NCBI GenBank assembly: GCA_963796275.1
Contig: CAWCKY010000004.1
Coordinates: 1,344,001 to 1,408,000, forward strand
Direction: 5' to 3'
Source of the DNA: an uncultured Acidobacteriota bacterium
GTDB lineage: Bacteria > Acidobacteriota > Blastocatellia > RBC074
Length of the DNA stretch: 64,000 bases
Shown: positions 1 to 12,095 of the stretch, piece after piece
How the letters are laid out: every line of letters begins with the position of its first letter
Position numbering within the stretch: position 1 is the first letter of the stretch
Made by a program: the position numbers and the translations under genes
Notes under the pieces: generated by a model
What the model was told of the DNA's origin: nothing
What the model saw: the letters and a program-made list of their open reading frames with translations, nothing else
Database searches by the model: none

Positions 1-3000
1 AAACGCCGAGCGCCCCCAGAAGCGGCAGGAGAGAGTCTGATAGAGGAGCCAGCGGTTCACCAACAAGTTCATCTGCGCATCCGGAGTCCGCACTTCGATT
101 GAGCCGAGGACGCGATCCCAGTGCTCCTCAACCCGGCTGAAGGCATCATCTACTTCCTGCGAGTTGCGGTACCGCCGGATCATCGCATGAACATGATCGA
201 TCCCGTCACCCTCGCCGAGCATGAAGATGATATCCCTTTCCTCGCCCGGATCGAGATCGATCATGACTTGTAAGGCGGCGCACGGATCCATCCCCGCACC
301 CGTCTTCCCGGAGAGCTTGGTGCGCTTGAGAGCGGCCGGAGATTCAGGTGTGCCGTTGCGTCCCAGGAACTCGGTGCGGTTTGCCGTCATGCTGCGTCGC
401 AGATTATTGACATCCGCAAACGCGACTCGCTGCGCAAACTCGTTGTTGTAACGGTTCACGGCTAACAGCGCGCCCGTCTCCGCGTCGATCTCGGTGACTA
501 TGTAAGGCGCCGACACCTCACGATTCACCCCCAGCACCAGCTCGGCGAAGCTGGTAGCGGATAATTGTCTCCTGCGATCGCTCTCATTTCTGAGACGGAG
601 GCGATGGATCTTTACCGGATCATCGAGTGGAACGAAGACCAGCAGCTCCTGATTTATCCCGTTGCTCCGTCGCTCGTACACGGAATAACCCTGCCCGTGG
701 CGGACGAGATATTCTCCGCCTGATCGGACCGGGCGCGGAGTCACCGTCCAGAACTCGCCGGTCTCTTCATCGCGCAGATAAATGGCCTCGCCGCACGGAT
801 CGGAGACGGCGTCGTTCGACCACGGAGTCAGGCGGTTCTCCCGGCTGTTTTCCGACCATGTGTAGCCCAGGCCCGATTCCGTCGCCAGGAAACCGAAGCG
901 CGCATTGGCAACAACATTCGCCCATGGCGCCGGCGGGAGTTCGGGAACCGTCTTGCCTTCGCCCAAAATAATTACGTATTCGCGCCCTTCCGACGTGAAG
1001 CCGCCCAGCCCATTGAAAAATTTGAGATTCGAAATGTTCGACTTGAAATCCGAAACGGGAGCCGGGAGTCGTTCGGGAAGACTTCCCGAGGCTGAAAATT
1101 TCGCCGGCGGCAATTGACTGTCGCGCGGCTGGCGGGTCAATTGAAGCGCCAGTTCTCCCCGGCGGCCAACGACGACGGCACGCGCGACGGTCAGCAACAG
1201 ATAGCGGTCATCTTCCGGCATCAGATCGGCGCGGCGTAAAAAGACGCCCCCCGGTTTATCCATCATTATATGTGCGGGACTGGTTCGGATCAGACTGAGC
1301 AGATACTCGTGCAGACCCTGCGCGTAACTGCTCGGATGTTCATTCAAAATAACCAGATCGACCGCCAGTCCCTTCATCCGCCAATATTCGTGAGCGCGCA
1401 GAAGCTGGCGCACGATCTCCGCCTCCTCGGTCTCGGCGATGCGCACCAGGATCACCGGCAGGTCTCCCGATATCCCGTAAGCCCAGAGTCCCGATTGCTG
1501 CTTCGTATTACGCTGCAAGACATCAGGCGGCGGCCGTAGTGAACCCTCCGAGTAGATGGCCTGCGACGCCAATTGCTGGAATATATGCGACTCATCCGCC
1601 GTGATATTGAGGTGCTGCAATTCGACCTGACTGTGCGTCCAGGCGAGCGCGAGGGCCCGGGTGACCGCACGCAGATCGTGGTACTTGTCGGCGAGCGCGA
1701 GAGCCGCCTCGCGCGTCGCCGCCGCCGCAATGGTGAATGCCACGCGCGCCGTCTCGCCCGGCCTGAGCCGCAGGCTCTGCCGCAGACTGGCGATCGGATC
1801 AAGAACGGCTCCCACAGTCCCCGAAAGCGGTTGCCCGAGAGCAACCATCACCGGGGAAGCGGGCGTGCGTCCGCGGCCGAGAAAACGCGCCCGGTCCGTT
1901 TCAAACTCGATCCCGAGAGCTGCTGGCGATGCCACCGCACCCGGAGTGCCTCCGCCGCCGAGGGCTCGCCCCTGCGAAGCCAGGACGCAGACGGCCCATG
2001 GCGGATATTCATCCGCCGATCGCGATCGTCGTGTGAAGAGCAACGCCACATCTTCGGGTATGAATTCGGACTGGACGAAGAGGTTACTGAAAGCGGGATG
2101 CGCCGCATCGGACGCGGCAGAGGCGAGCACTATTTCGCAATAACTGGTGATCTCCAGGTCGCGCGTCTGGCTGCTGCGATTGGTGATCGTAATGCGCCGC
2201 ACTTCCGCATCGTCCTCGGGCGAAACACCGATCTCGGTGTGGGTCTCAATCCCCGCATCGAGCCTATGAAACTCCGCCTTATCGGTCGAGAACGTGACCA
2301 GGTACGACTTGGGCTGTCGACCGGTGGGCTGAAACGCAGTGGACCAGAACTCGCCGCTGCGCGCGTCGCGCACGTAGCAGAACACACCCCAATCGTCGCG
2401 CGTCGGATCCTCGCGCCAGCGAGTGATTGCCATCCCCTTCCAGCGGCTAAATCCGCCGCCGGCGTTGGTGACCATCACCGTGTAGTTGCCGTTAGACATG
2501 AGATGCGCCTGAGGCGCCGCCGTATGCGGGGTGGTGAACCGTCGCGTGACAGGCGGCGTCAAGAGCCTGACGTTGGGACCAGCCGATACCTCTTCAGCGT
2601 GCGGGTGTGCGAGAGGCGCGTCGCGCGGTATGCGTTCCTGAAGCAGCAGCTCAGCCGACTGCACGAGCGGCTCAGCGTGGAATCGCTTCTGCATCGCATT
2701 GTCGTTGATCAGATTATCGAGCGCGATCAGGCTCATGCCGTGATGGTGTGCCATATAAGTTCTGACCACCGCGCCCGGCACCTGGGAATCGTCGGTCACC
2801 ACCTTCAGAGGCAAACGCGAGCGAGTGTAATCGATCGCATCATAATATCCGTAGCTCCCCTCCAGCCCGGCGGCCGCCAGCCGTTTGAGATTTCTCAATC
2901 CCTCGTGGGGCCGGACCGTCAGCGCGAGAAATGTGGCATATGGCGCAATGACCAGATCATCCGAGAGTCCGCGCTTGAGGCCGAGGCCCGGCACGCCGAA

Positions 3001-6000
3001 AGCCTGATACTGATAGTTCAGCGCCACGTCGCGCGCATTATAGGCAGATTCGGAGATTCCCCAGGGGACGCTATGTTGCGCACCGTATTCGATCTGCCGG
3101 TTGACTATGTTCTCGTACGTCTGATCGAGAAGTGTATTTTCATAAGTGCGCATGACGAGGAGCGGCATGAGGTATTCGAACATCGTCGCGGTCCACGAGA
3201 GAAGCGCCCTCCCGCTGCTGGTCGTTGTGAAGGCGCGTCCGAGGCGGAACCAGTGCTGTTGAGGCACCTGGTCGCGCGCGATGGCGACGAAGCTGGCGAG
3301 CCGAGCCTCCGATGCGAGCAGATCGTAATATGAGTTGTCTCGACGACCGTCGACCACGCTGTACCCGATCGAGAAGAGCTGGCGCCGCTCATCGAAGAGA
3401 AAACCGAAGTCCATCTCTTCGCTGAACTGCTGCGCGCGCTCGGCTATCCGCCGGTACTTCTCCGCCAGTCCCGCCGCGGCAGAGGCCGACCGGCGCAGGG
3501 CTCCGGCCAGCGGACTCGACCAGTTATGGCTATCCCGCAAACCTTCCCGGCTCACCAGTTGAGCCAGCGCTTCATCGCAATAATCCGGCATCTCGGCGAG
3601 CGAAGGCACACCGGGCGGCAACGCGAGTTGTTCGATGGGAGATTTGAGAAGAATAGATGCCCAGGGAGCGATGGTCTCCAGGTAGTGCCGGTGGCTCTGC
3701 ACCGCGCGTGTCAACTCCTCCGCCCAGAAGATGGCTTCCACGAAGTCCGACTTCCCTCCCAACGCGCGGACATCTCGCTCGATCCTCGCCGCCTGAACGG
3801 CGATCTCATCGAGCGCTTTGACCCAACCCGGGAGGGAATCCGCCGCAGACCCCATCTTGCGACGCAGCGCCGTGATCTGTTGCCCGAGAGATTTCATTCG
3901 CCCGGCGTCGCTCACATCCTTCGCGCCCGCCAGTTCCCACTCGAGCGACGTGAGCACATCACGCAGCCCTTCGAGAATGTTCGCGCCGATCAGTGGCCCG
4001 GCAATCGTCTCCAGACATCCCTGTTTGAGCGCGATCAGATGCCCGGCGAAGTTTCCGCTGTCGACCGTCGAGATGTATGTCGGCATGAGCGGCCGCAGCG
4101 TGTCAGTCTCATACCAGTTGTAGAAGTGGCCGCGGAACCGTTCGAGCTGCTCCAGCGACGAGCAGGTCTGTTCGATATCTTCGATCAGTTCTGAATGGTT
4201 GAGGTACCCCAGGTCATGCGCCGCGAGCGCCGAGAGCAGATACGTGCTGATATTGGTGGGCGAGGTGCGATGAGCGATGACGGCCTGAGGATCTTCTTGA
4301 AAGTTGTCGGGCGGCAGGTGGTGGTCTTCCGGACCGACGAAGGTTTCGAAGAAACGCCATGTCCTGCGCGAGACTCCGCCGCAGCTCGGCCCGTTCCCTC
4401 TCCGAGAGGATGAACTGGCGCACGGGCAGAGGGCGGCTGACCCAGTAAGCGATCAGCGGCGAGATGAGCCAGACTGTCAGGAACGGCGCCGCGACCGGCA
4501 GTCGCTCCGGAAAACGGAGCGAGACGAGGGCGAGCAAAGCCATCGCTATGGCGGAAGCGGGGCTCATCCATGACCAGAAGCTTTCCAGACTGAGATCGAG
4601 TTTCTGCTCGGCCTGCGCCGCGGTCACCCATTCCAAACGCCTCTTCTTGGATATCCACATCCGCCAGAGCGTGCGGATGATCGCATCTGCCATCAAATAA
4701 GCCTGGTGCGGCAGAAACGCAATCGTGAGTCCCACCTGATATGTGTTGCGCAGAGCATCTCCCCAGATATTCATGAGATAGCTCGTCCAGGGTACTTGAC
4801 GCGGATGAAGTATCAGAGAATTGCCGATGTGACTGTAGATGGGGAACGCGAGTATCAGAAGGATGAGCAGAGTCCAGAACAACGGCGAGCCCGGCAATAC
4901 TGTCCACGCGCAGGCCAGCGTCATCAGCATCCAGGGCGCCACCAGACTGCGGCGCAGGTTGTCGAATATCTTCCAGTACGATACGAGAGGCAAACGCTTG
5001 AGCAACCAGCCGATGATCTGCCAGTCGCCGCGCACCCAGCGGTATTGCCGCGCCGAGTATGCATGGTAGTGAGATGGGTAGTCATCGAACAATTCGATGT
5101 CGGTGACCAGAGCAGTGCGCGCATACAATCCTTCGAGCAGATCGTGACTGAGGATCGTATTCTCCGGGATCCGGCCCCCGAGCGCCGCCTCGAAAGCGTC
5201 AACGTCGTATATCCCTTTTCCTACATAGTTTCCCTCGCGGAAGATATCCTGATAGACGTCGGAGACGGCTTGTGTATAGGGGTCCACTCCGGTATTCCCG
5301 GAAAAGATGCGCGTAAAGAGCGATCGTCCGGCGCTCACCAGCGTGACGCTCACGCGCGGCTGCAATATGCCGTAGCCCTGTGTCACGCGCCCAGACCTCT
5401 CATCGTACTCCGCCCGGTTGAGCGGGTGAGCTATGGTGGCGATGAGCCGCCGCGCCGAGTCGCGCGGGAGTTGGGTATCGGCATCGAGCGTGATGACGTA
5501 TTTCACAGCACCCAGGATGCTCAGGTCCCCGATCTGCACGGTGTAACTCGATTGTGACGAGCCGCGAAGAAGGTGGTTGAACTCTTCGAGCTTCCCGCGT
5601 TTGCGCTCCCACCCCATCCAGCATTCTTCGCCTCCGTTCCACAACCGCCTTCGGTGGAAGAGATAAAATCGGTCCTGCCGGCCGTTGCCGTAGCGCGCGT
5701 TCAATCCACGCACTCCCTCGATCGCATGCTCGACCAGCACCTCGTCATCCGGCATGTGTTCCTGCGGCGCATCGGCGAAATCGGTCAGGAGGGCGAAATG
5801 GATGTTATCTTCCTGATTGGCGAGATGATGAATCTCCAGATGATCGATCAATTCCCTAACATTTTGCGTGCTCACAAGCATCGCCGGGACGACGACCATC
5901 GTGCGGGATTCTTGCGGGATGCCGTCCTTGAACTCTAACTTGGGCAGCACCTGCGGTTCCGTCGTGAAAGTCAGGTCGCGGTTGGTCGCGCTCACCGCCA

Positions 6001-7378
6001 GGTCACTCACCGGGATTATCAGTAGCAATGCCAACAGGACCAGTTCGGTATTACTCGCGCCGTGACCATGGGCGAAATCCAGCAGGAACCACGTGACGAG
6101 CCCAGTCACGAGTGCGATCATCCCGAGATAGAAAAATGCCGGGTATCTGGTCGAAATGCGGTTGGCGAGTTCAAACGGATCAGCCCAGTATCCGGATTCG
6201 GCTTCGAGCCGCGCCCGGCCGGGTCCGATGAGGTAATAACCGACGTGCGACCTGGCCGTATCGATCGAATCACTCGCCTCCCGTGCATATCGAAGCGTTC
6301 TCCCGGCGATCTCCACTTCCTGTAAACCCGTGCGCTTCGCGATCTTCTCGATCACCGAGCGGTAACGATTGCGCGTATCGAAATCCTGCAGAGCGTGAAC
6401 CCCGGCCGGATCATCGCGCAGCGCCAGTTCGACGAGACACGTGCGCTCAAAGAATTCTGCGTAGTCGATCGATGAGAGAAAGCGCATGCTGGTGATGACA
6501 TTTCCGGCCGATACCTGGTTGGCGGCCTGCCGGTGGTGCTCGATGCGCATCATCAGATCGCCGGTAGTCTCTTGCGCCGTCAAGCGTTGCTCCAGCCAGA
6601 GGAGTGCGGGGGTGATGCTCGAGCCCTGATCCCGCAGGCGCTGTAGGATATGAACGGCGAATGGCGTGCTGAGTTGCTCTCCGCCCTGTTGGCGTTCGGC
6701 CAGCATGATGAAGATGTCCCCCGGCCGCCGCTCAGAAGCTGACAATAGCTCATCGGCCCAAAGATCAGCGCGCTTGCGCTCATCCTGAGCCCAGAGCGTC
6801 TGCCTGGCCAGGCGCCGCATATTTTCAACCAGCGCGAGCCGGAGCATAATTGCGACAGCCCAAAGCTCTCCGATCGTTAGCGGAGCGACTTCCTGATATG
6901 CCAATACGAATCGCGCAAGCATCTCGGCGTCGAGCCGGCAGTCGCTTCGCTCGATGAGGGCAATGGCGATGGCGTAAACGCGCGGATAACCCGTATATGG
7001 ACCGCTGGCGAGTTTGGGGAGTTCGCGCAGGTAATGTCGAGGCAAATCCTCGCGGACCTCGCGCAGTTGCTCCTGCACTATGTGGAAGTTGTCCATCAAC
7101 CACTCGGCGGCGGGCGAGATGGTCTGCCCGCGCCGGACGTTTTCGGCAATCGCCCGATAGCAATTGGTCAAATATCGGCCGTTGTCTTCCAGACGATCGA
7201 GGAGCGGGCTGGGTTGTCGCCTGCCCTTCGTCGCCAGCGTATGTTGACTAGCCAACTCCTTCGCATATTGCTCGAGCCTTTCGAGGCTGCAGAGTTCGGC
7301 CCGAATCGGCTCATCGTCTTCCGCTAACTCCGTGTCCTGCCGGCGGCGAGAAGTCAACCCCCAGACTCCCAGGCACAT
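1..7378 (-). CDS. ndvB: Cyclic beta-1,2-glucan synthase (GT84 + glucoamylase-like + GH94 phosphorylase domains); 3'-partial, one +1 frameshift at ~4376
   Basis: ORF 4214..7561 carries Cgs motifs WERKRGKL, TLDADT, HDLLEG and RWVRGDWQ. After ~4376 the conserved text continues in another frame (RRTWRFFETFVGPEDHHLPPDNFQEDP). The same frame reads VRTPDAQMNLLVNRWLLYQTLSCRFWGRSAF (GH94) at the window edge. The likely start is ATG 7378; the ORF track extends to 7561. Confidence 0.9.
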
Positions 7379-7746
7379 AGTGCTAAAACTCAATAACAAA
7401 AGGAAAATATCGAACGATGCGTGATTATCCGCTACAAAAAACGCAAAATAACAATATGCACAAAACGAAAAAATTGCATCGCTCCCTCTTCCGTTTTTTG
7501 TTTTCCCTTCGCTACTCTTGTGATGTATCTTTTCGCTCAAATCGCTCAAAAAATTCGCCAACTTATTTTTTTACAACCCATTAGCGGCTACACTTGTTTT
7601 AAAAGTTGAGTTAGACTTTGCTTAAATGACCAGCCTATCACGCATTCGATTATTATCGAAATAAAACCAATTAAATAATCGATTGTGGGTAGGCTCTTAG
7701 CACATCGGATAATCCATGGGGTGTTCTAGACAGAAGGGAGGATGGT

Positions 7747-10700
7747 ATGGGCGACAACCTTAATGATAGCAGTCCAGATACCGCCGAACAAACGAGGGAA
7801 AAAAAAGATGGACACTTCTTCGTGGTTGGGCTCGGCGCATCTGCTGGAGGAATAAAGTCATTTAAGGAGTTTTTTTCGCACGTGCCTCCCCAGAGCGGAA
7901 TGGCATATGTCGTCATTCTGCACATGTCGCCTTCGCACGAGAGCAAACTGACGGAGATACTGCAACTGGCGACGAGGATTCCGGTGACACAGGTGTTAGA
8001 AACGGTCAAGATCGAACCTGACCACATCTATGTTATTCCGCCGAACCGGAGCCTCTCGATGAGAGACGGCAATTTAACGCTTTCGGAGATGACGCGGATC
8101 GAGGAGCGGCGCTCTCCCGTCGATATTTTTTTCCGCTCGCTCGCCGAGTCGAACGATTCACGAGCAGCCTGCGTTATTCTCTCGGGCACTGGGGCCAATG
8201 GCTCGATGGGTCTGAAACGAATCAAGGAGTTTGGCGGTATAGTTTTCGCTCAGGATCCGGCAGAAGCCGAGTACGACGATATGCCGCGCAATGCGATCGC
8301 CACCGGACTGGTCGACTTCATCTTGCCGGTGGCTCAGATGCCGGAGAAGATAATCGCATATAAGAATAACGTCGGCACGGTCCGCATTTCCAACGAGCCT
8401 TTGGAGCGCCACGAAACGGATGAGGCAGCACTGCGCGATATCTTCACTCAACTGAGGGTGCGGACCGGGCATGATTTCACCAACTATAAGCGGGCGACCA
8501 TGCTCCGCCGGATCGAGCGGCGGATCAACGTTTACGAGCTTTCCAACCTGCAGAGTTATGCCCACCTCATCCATGAGCATCCGGAAGAGGCGAGGTCGCT
8601 CCTCAGGGACTTGCTCATCAGCGTGACCAACTTCTTCCGCGACTCGGAGAGGTTTCAGGCGCTTGAAAAAAATATCATTCCGAAACTCTTTGAGAACAAA
8701 AGGGCCGGGGATAATGTGCGCGTCTGGGTCGCGGGCTGCGCCACTGGCGAAGAAGCCTACTCGATCGCGATGCTGCTGTCCGAATACGCCTCGGGTTCCA
8801 TCGATGCCCCGAACCTGCAAGTATTCGCGACCGACCTCGATGAAGAGTCGATCGCGGCGGCGCGCGAAGGATTCTACACAGATACCGAGGTGGCCGAGGT
8901 TTCGCCCGAGCGGCTGCGCCGGTTTTTTACCAAAGATGGAGAAGGTAACCGGGTGCGCCGGGAATTACGGGATATGGTGCTCTTTGCGGCGCATAACATC
9001 ATTAGAGACCCGCCGTTCTCGCAACTCAACCTCGTCTCCTGCCGCAACCTGCTCATCTATCTCAATCGGCCGGCGCAGGAGAAAGTGATGGAGGTTCTCC
9101 ACTTCGCCCTCCGCCCCGAAGGATATCTTTTCCTCGGGACCTCGGAGTCGATCAATGACGCCGCTCACCTCTTCATCACGACAGATAAAGATCATCGCAT
9201 CTATCAAAGTCGCGCAGTGACATCGCACATGTCATTTCCGCTCCCCAAAATGCCGCTTACCACGAGGATCGATCAGCGCCATAGAGAAGAGCGTGATGAG
9301 ACGCGTGCGCATGAGCGCCTGTCATACCTCGACCTGCATCTACGCCTGCTCGAGCAATTTGGCCCCCCCTCAGTCGTGGTCAATGAAAATTACGATATCG
9401 TACATTTATCGGAGCGGGCGGGTCAGTACATGCAATTCACCGGCGGCGAACCAACACACAACCTTCTCAGAGTCGTGCGCCCCGAACTGCGATTGGATTT
9501 GCGCACTGCTCTCTATCAAGCCGTGCAGAAACGAACCAACGTCGAGGCGCGCGGCTTGTACGTCCGCCTAAACAATCACACGCAGACTGTGAATCTGATA
9601 GTGCGTCCCATCATGCGCGATGACGATCCGGGGCGCGGCTTCATTCTCGTCATATTTGAGGAGGCGGACGAGACGGTGGGGAGTGAAGCCCCTCTCTCCA
9701 TAGAGGAGATCAGCCAGGCCGAACCGGTTGCTCACCAGCTTGAGGAAGAGCTTTTGCGCGTCAAAGCCCAGTTGCACGCGACCATCGAACAATACGAGAT
9801 ACAACATGAAGAATTGAAAGCCTCGAACGAAGAGCTACAGGCGATGAACGAGGAGTTGCGGTCGGCAGCCGAAGAGCTGGAGACGGGCAAAGAAGAGCTC
9901 CAATCGGTAAACGAGGAGTTGGTGACCGTCAATCAGGAGCTGAAGGTCAAGATCGAGGAACTCTCTCAGGCCAACAATGACTTTCAGAATCTGATGGCTT
10001 CGACCGGGATCGGCACCATCTTTCTCGACCGGTCTCTGCGCGTTAAACTCTTCACTCCGCGTGCTTGCGATATTTACAACCTGATCCCGGGCGATATTAA
10101 CCGCCCACTGATGGATATCACCACCAGACTCCTCTATGTCGACCTGATCGATGATGTTGAGCAGGTGCTCGATAAGCTGCATCCGGTCGAGCACGAAGTT
10201 CAGACGCGCGACGGAGGCTGGTATCTGGTGCGCCTGGTCCCTTATCGCACTAAGGAAGACCGCATTGAAGGGGCCGTCATTACTTTCATTGATATCACCT
10301 CGCGTAGGGCGGCGGCAGATACGCTGCGCCGCACGCGGGATGAGTTGGAGGTCCGCGTCAAAGAGCGCACGGGGGATTTGCAGACGGTGAATGATGCCTT
10401 GCAGAGTGAGGTCACTGAGCGCAGGGTCGCCGCGGACCGGGCGCGCGGATTGCTGCGGCGAATCATCACGGCTCAGGAGGATGAGCGTAGCCGCATCGCG
10501 CGCAACCTGCACGATCACCTGGGCCAGCAATTGACCGCGCTCCGGCTGCAGCTCGAAGCGATTAAAGATAAAGACGGCAACCGAAAGGAGCTCAATCAGT
10601 CGATTGAACAAGCGCAAATAATCGCCAAACAACTCGATATAGATGTGGATTTCCTCTCGTGGGAACTTCGTCCCGTTTCACTCGACCGCCTCCCTCTGGT

Positions 10701-11118
10701 GACGGCACTCTCCGATTTCGTGCTTGAGTGGTCGAAACATTTCAATATTCCGGCTGAATTTCATACTTCTGATATGGAGATAGGTCGTTTTCCTGAGAAT
10801 ATTGAAACCAATCTCTACCGCATCGCACAGGAGGCGCTCAATAACATCTATAAACATGCGCAAGCCACACTGGTGGACGTCATCTTCGAACGCAGGGACG
10901 ATCATGTCATGCTCATTATTGAAGATAACGGTCAGGGTTTCGATATGAACAAAGTGGCGGTTCAAGGTGGAGAAGAGAAAGGAATGGGATTGGTCGGCAT
11001 GCGTGAGCGAGTGGCCCTCATCGGAGGCACGCTCGAGGTTGAATCCCGATCGGGAGATGGCACAACCATCATCGTACGCGCACCTCTATCGTTATTAATA
11101 GAAAAACAAGGTGTATGA
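7747..11118 (+). CDS. CheB methylesterase-CheR methyltransferase-PAS-HisKA_3 histidine kinase fusion
   Basis: CheB motifs GASAGG and VILHM; CheR motifs VTNFFRD, GCATGEEAYS and SCRNLLIY; coiled coil NEELQAMNEEL; H-box ERSRIARNLHDHLGQ; ATPase boxes EALNNIYKHA, DNGQGF and GMGLVGMRER. Confidence 0.93.
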   Translation: MGDNLNDSSPDTAEQTREKKDGHFFVVGLGASAGGIKSFKEFFSHVPPQSGMAYVVILHMSPSHESKLTEILQLATRIPVTQVLETVKIEPDHIYVIPPNRSLSMRDGNLTLSEMTRIEERRSPVDIFFRSLAESNDSRAACVILSGTGANGSMGLKRIKEFGGIVFAQDPAEAEYDDMPRNAIATGLVDFILPVAQMPEKIIAYKNNVGTVRISNEPLERHETDEAALRDIFTQLRVRTGHDFTNYKRATMLRRIERRINVYELSNLQSYAHLIHEHPEEARSLLRDLLISVTNFFRDSERFQALEKNIIPKLFENKRAGDNVRVWVAGCATGEEAYSIAMLLSEYASGSIDAPNLQVFATDLDEESIAAAREGFYTDTEVAEVSPERLRRFFTKDGEGNRVRRELRDMVLFAAHNIIRDPPFSQLNLVSCRNLLIYLNRPAQEKVMEVLHFALRPEGYLFLGTSESINDAAHLFITTDKDHRIYQSRAVTSHMSFPLPKMPLTTRIDQRHREERDETRAHERLSYLDLHLRLLEQFGPPSVVVNENYDIVHLSERAGQYMQFTGGEPTHNLLRVVRPELRLDLRTALYQAVQKRTNVEARGLYVRLNNHTQTVNLIVRPIMRDDDPGRGFILVIFEEADETVGSEAPLSIEEISQAEPVAHQLEEELLRVKAQLHATIEQYEIQHEELKASNEELQAMNEELRSAAEELETGKEELQSVNEELVTVNQELKVKIEELSQANNDFQNLMASTGIGTIFLDRSLRVKLFTPRACDIYNLIPGDINRPLMDITTRLLYVDLIDDVEQVLDKLHPVEHEVQTRDGGWYLVRLVPYRTKEDRIEGAVITFIDITSRRAAADTLRRTRDELEVRVKERTGDLQTVNDALQSEVTERRVAADRARGLLRRIITAQEDERSRIARNLHDHLGQQLTALRLQLEAIKDKDGNRKELNQSIEQAQIIAKQLDIDVDFLSWELRPVSLDRLPLVTALSDFVLEWSKHFNIPAEFHTSDMEIGRFPENIETNLYRIAQEALNNIYKHAQATLVDVIFERRDDHVMLIIEDNGQGFDMNKVAVQGGEEKGMGLVGMRERVALIGGTLEVESRSGDGTTIIVRAPLSLLIEKQGV

Positions 11119-11130
11119 ACGAGGATTATC

Positions 11131-11784
11131 ATGCGCAAAATCCGCATCCTCATCGCTGAAGATCACGCAATGGTGCGCGAGGGGCTGAAGCTACTGATCG
11201 ATTCGCAACCGAATATGCAGGTAATCGGAGAGGCCGAGAACGGGCAGATTGCCGTCGCGCAGTCGCGGGAATTGATGCCAGACATCGTCCTGATGGACGT
11301 ATCGATGCCCGAGATGAATGGGTTAAAAGCGACCGAAAAACTCCGGCAGGAGTGCCCTCACATCAAGGTTTTGGCGCTCACCCGTCACCGGGACCAGGGG
11401 TTTTTGCAAGAGGTTATACGCGCCGGGGCTGCCGGCTACGTGCTCAAACAGAACACCGCTGCCGAACTGATCCACGCGATAGACGCGGTCGCTTCGGGGG
11501 GAAATTATCTGGATCCCGCCATCGCCGGAAAACTCATCGAGCGGTACGTCGGAGGACAGTCGAAAAACAACTCTGAGTCGCAGGGAGAGCTGAGTCCGCG
11601 CGAGGCTGAGGTCCTGCGCCTCATCGCATGGGGATACAGCAATAAGGAGATCGCCGGCCGCCTCGACATCAGCATTAAGACGGTCGAAGCGCACAAGGCT
11701 AATTCCAGCCGTAAACTGGGTTTGCATAGCCGAATCGATATAGTCCGTTTCGCCTTTCTGCAAGGCTGGCTGGAGGAGAATTAA
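11131..11784 (+). CDS. NarL/FixJ-family response regulator (REC + LuxR HTH)
   Basis: REC motifs AEDH and DIVLMDVSMPEMNG; HTH LSPREAEVLRLIAWGYSNKEIA...KTVEAH; starts 12 bp after the HisKA_3 kinase. Confidence 0.95.
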   Translation: MRKIRILIAEDHAMVREGLKLLIDSQPNMQVIGEAENGQIAVAQSRELMPDIVLMDVSMPEMNGLKATEKLRQECPHIKVLALTRHRDQGFLQEVIRAGAAGYVLKQNTAAELIHAIDAVASGGNYLDPAIAGKLIERYVGGQSKNNSESQGELSPREAEVLRLIAWGYSNKEIAGRLDISIKTVEAHKANSSRKLGLHSRIDIVRFAFLQGWLEEN

Positions 11785-11785
11785 T

Positions 11786-11873
11786 TGATAATTGATAATG
11801 GATAATGGATAATTCGTATGAATTGTTGTCACTGTGTATACGAATTATCAATTATCACTTATCAATTATCCAC
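11786..11873. repeat. Inverted heptamer-repeat hairpin (ATTGATA/ATGGATA arms vs TATCAAT/TATCCAC)
   Basis: attgata attgata atggata atggata attcgtat ... atacgaat tatcaat tatcact tatcaat tatccac, directly after the regulator stop codon. Confidence 0.7.
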
Positions 11874-12095
11874 TCTCTTCTGCCACTGGCATACGAAGAT
11901 AGATCTGTGTAGAATGGCTAGTCGCTTAGCGGGCTTGCACACAACTTGCTGCTGCGAAAGCTGGTTACCGATTCCATCAGGTTTCATTACATCAATGAGT
12001 GCTGACGATCTCAACCGCAGGCAACAGCCGGCGCAGGCCCTGTTCGGAAATTCGAAGACCCCAGAGTTTTCGTGTAAGCGGAGGCTACTATAGCT

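Noticed and set aside
1573-3333. 586 aa plus-strand ORF and other plus-strand ORFs in 221..7327
   Set aside because: Antisense shadows of GC-rich ndvB; Arg-rich with no recognisable motifs.
11880-12095. Possible riboswitch upstream of the FHA operon
   Set aside because: No recognisable aptamer consensus (e.g. c-di-GMP GEMM) could be matched by eye.
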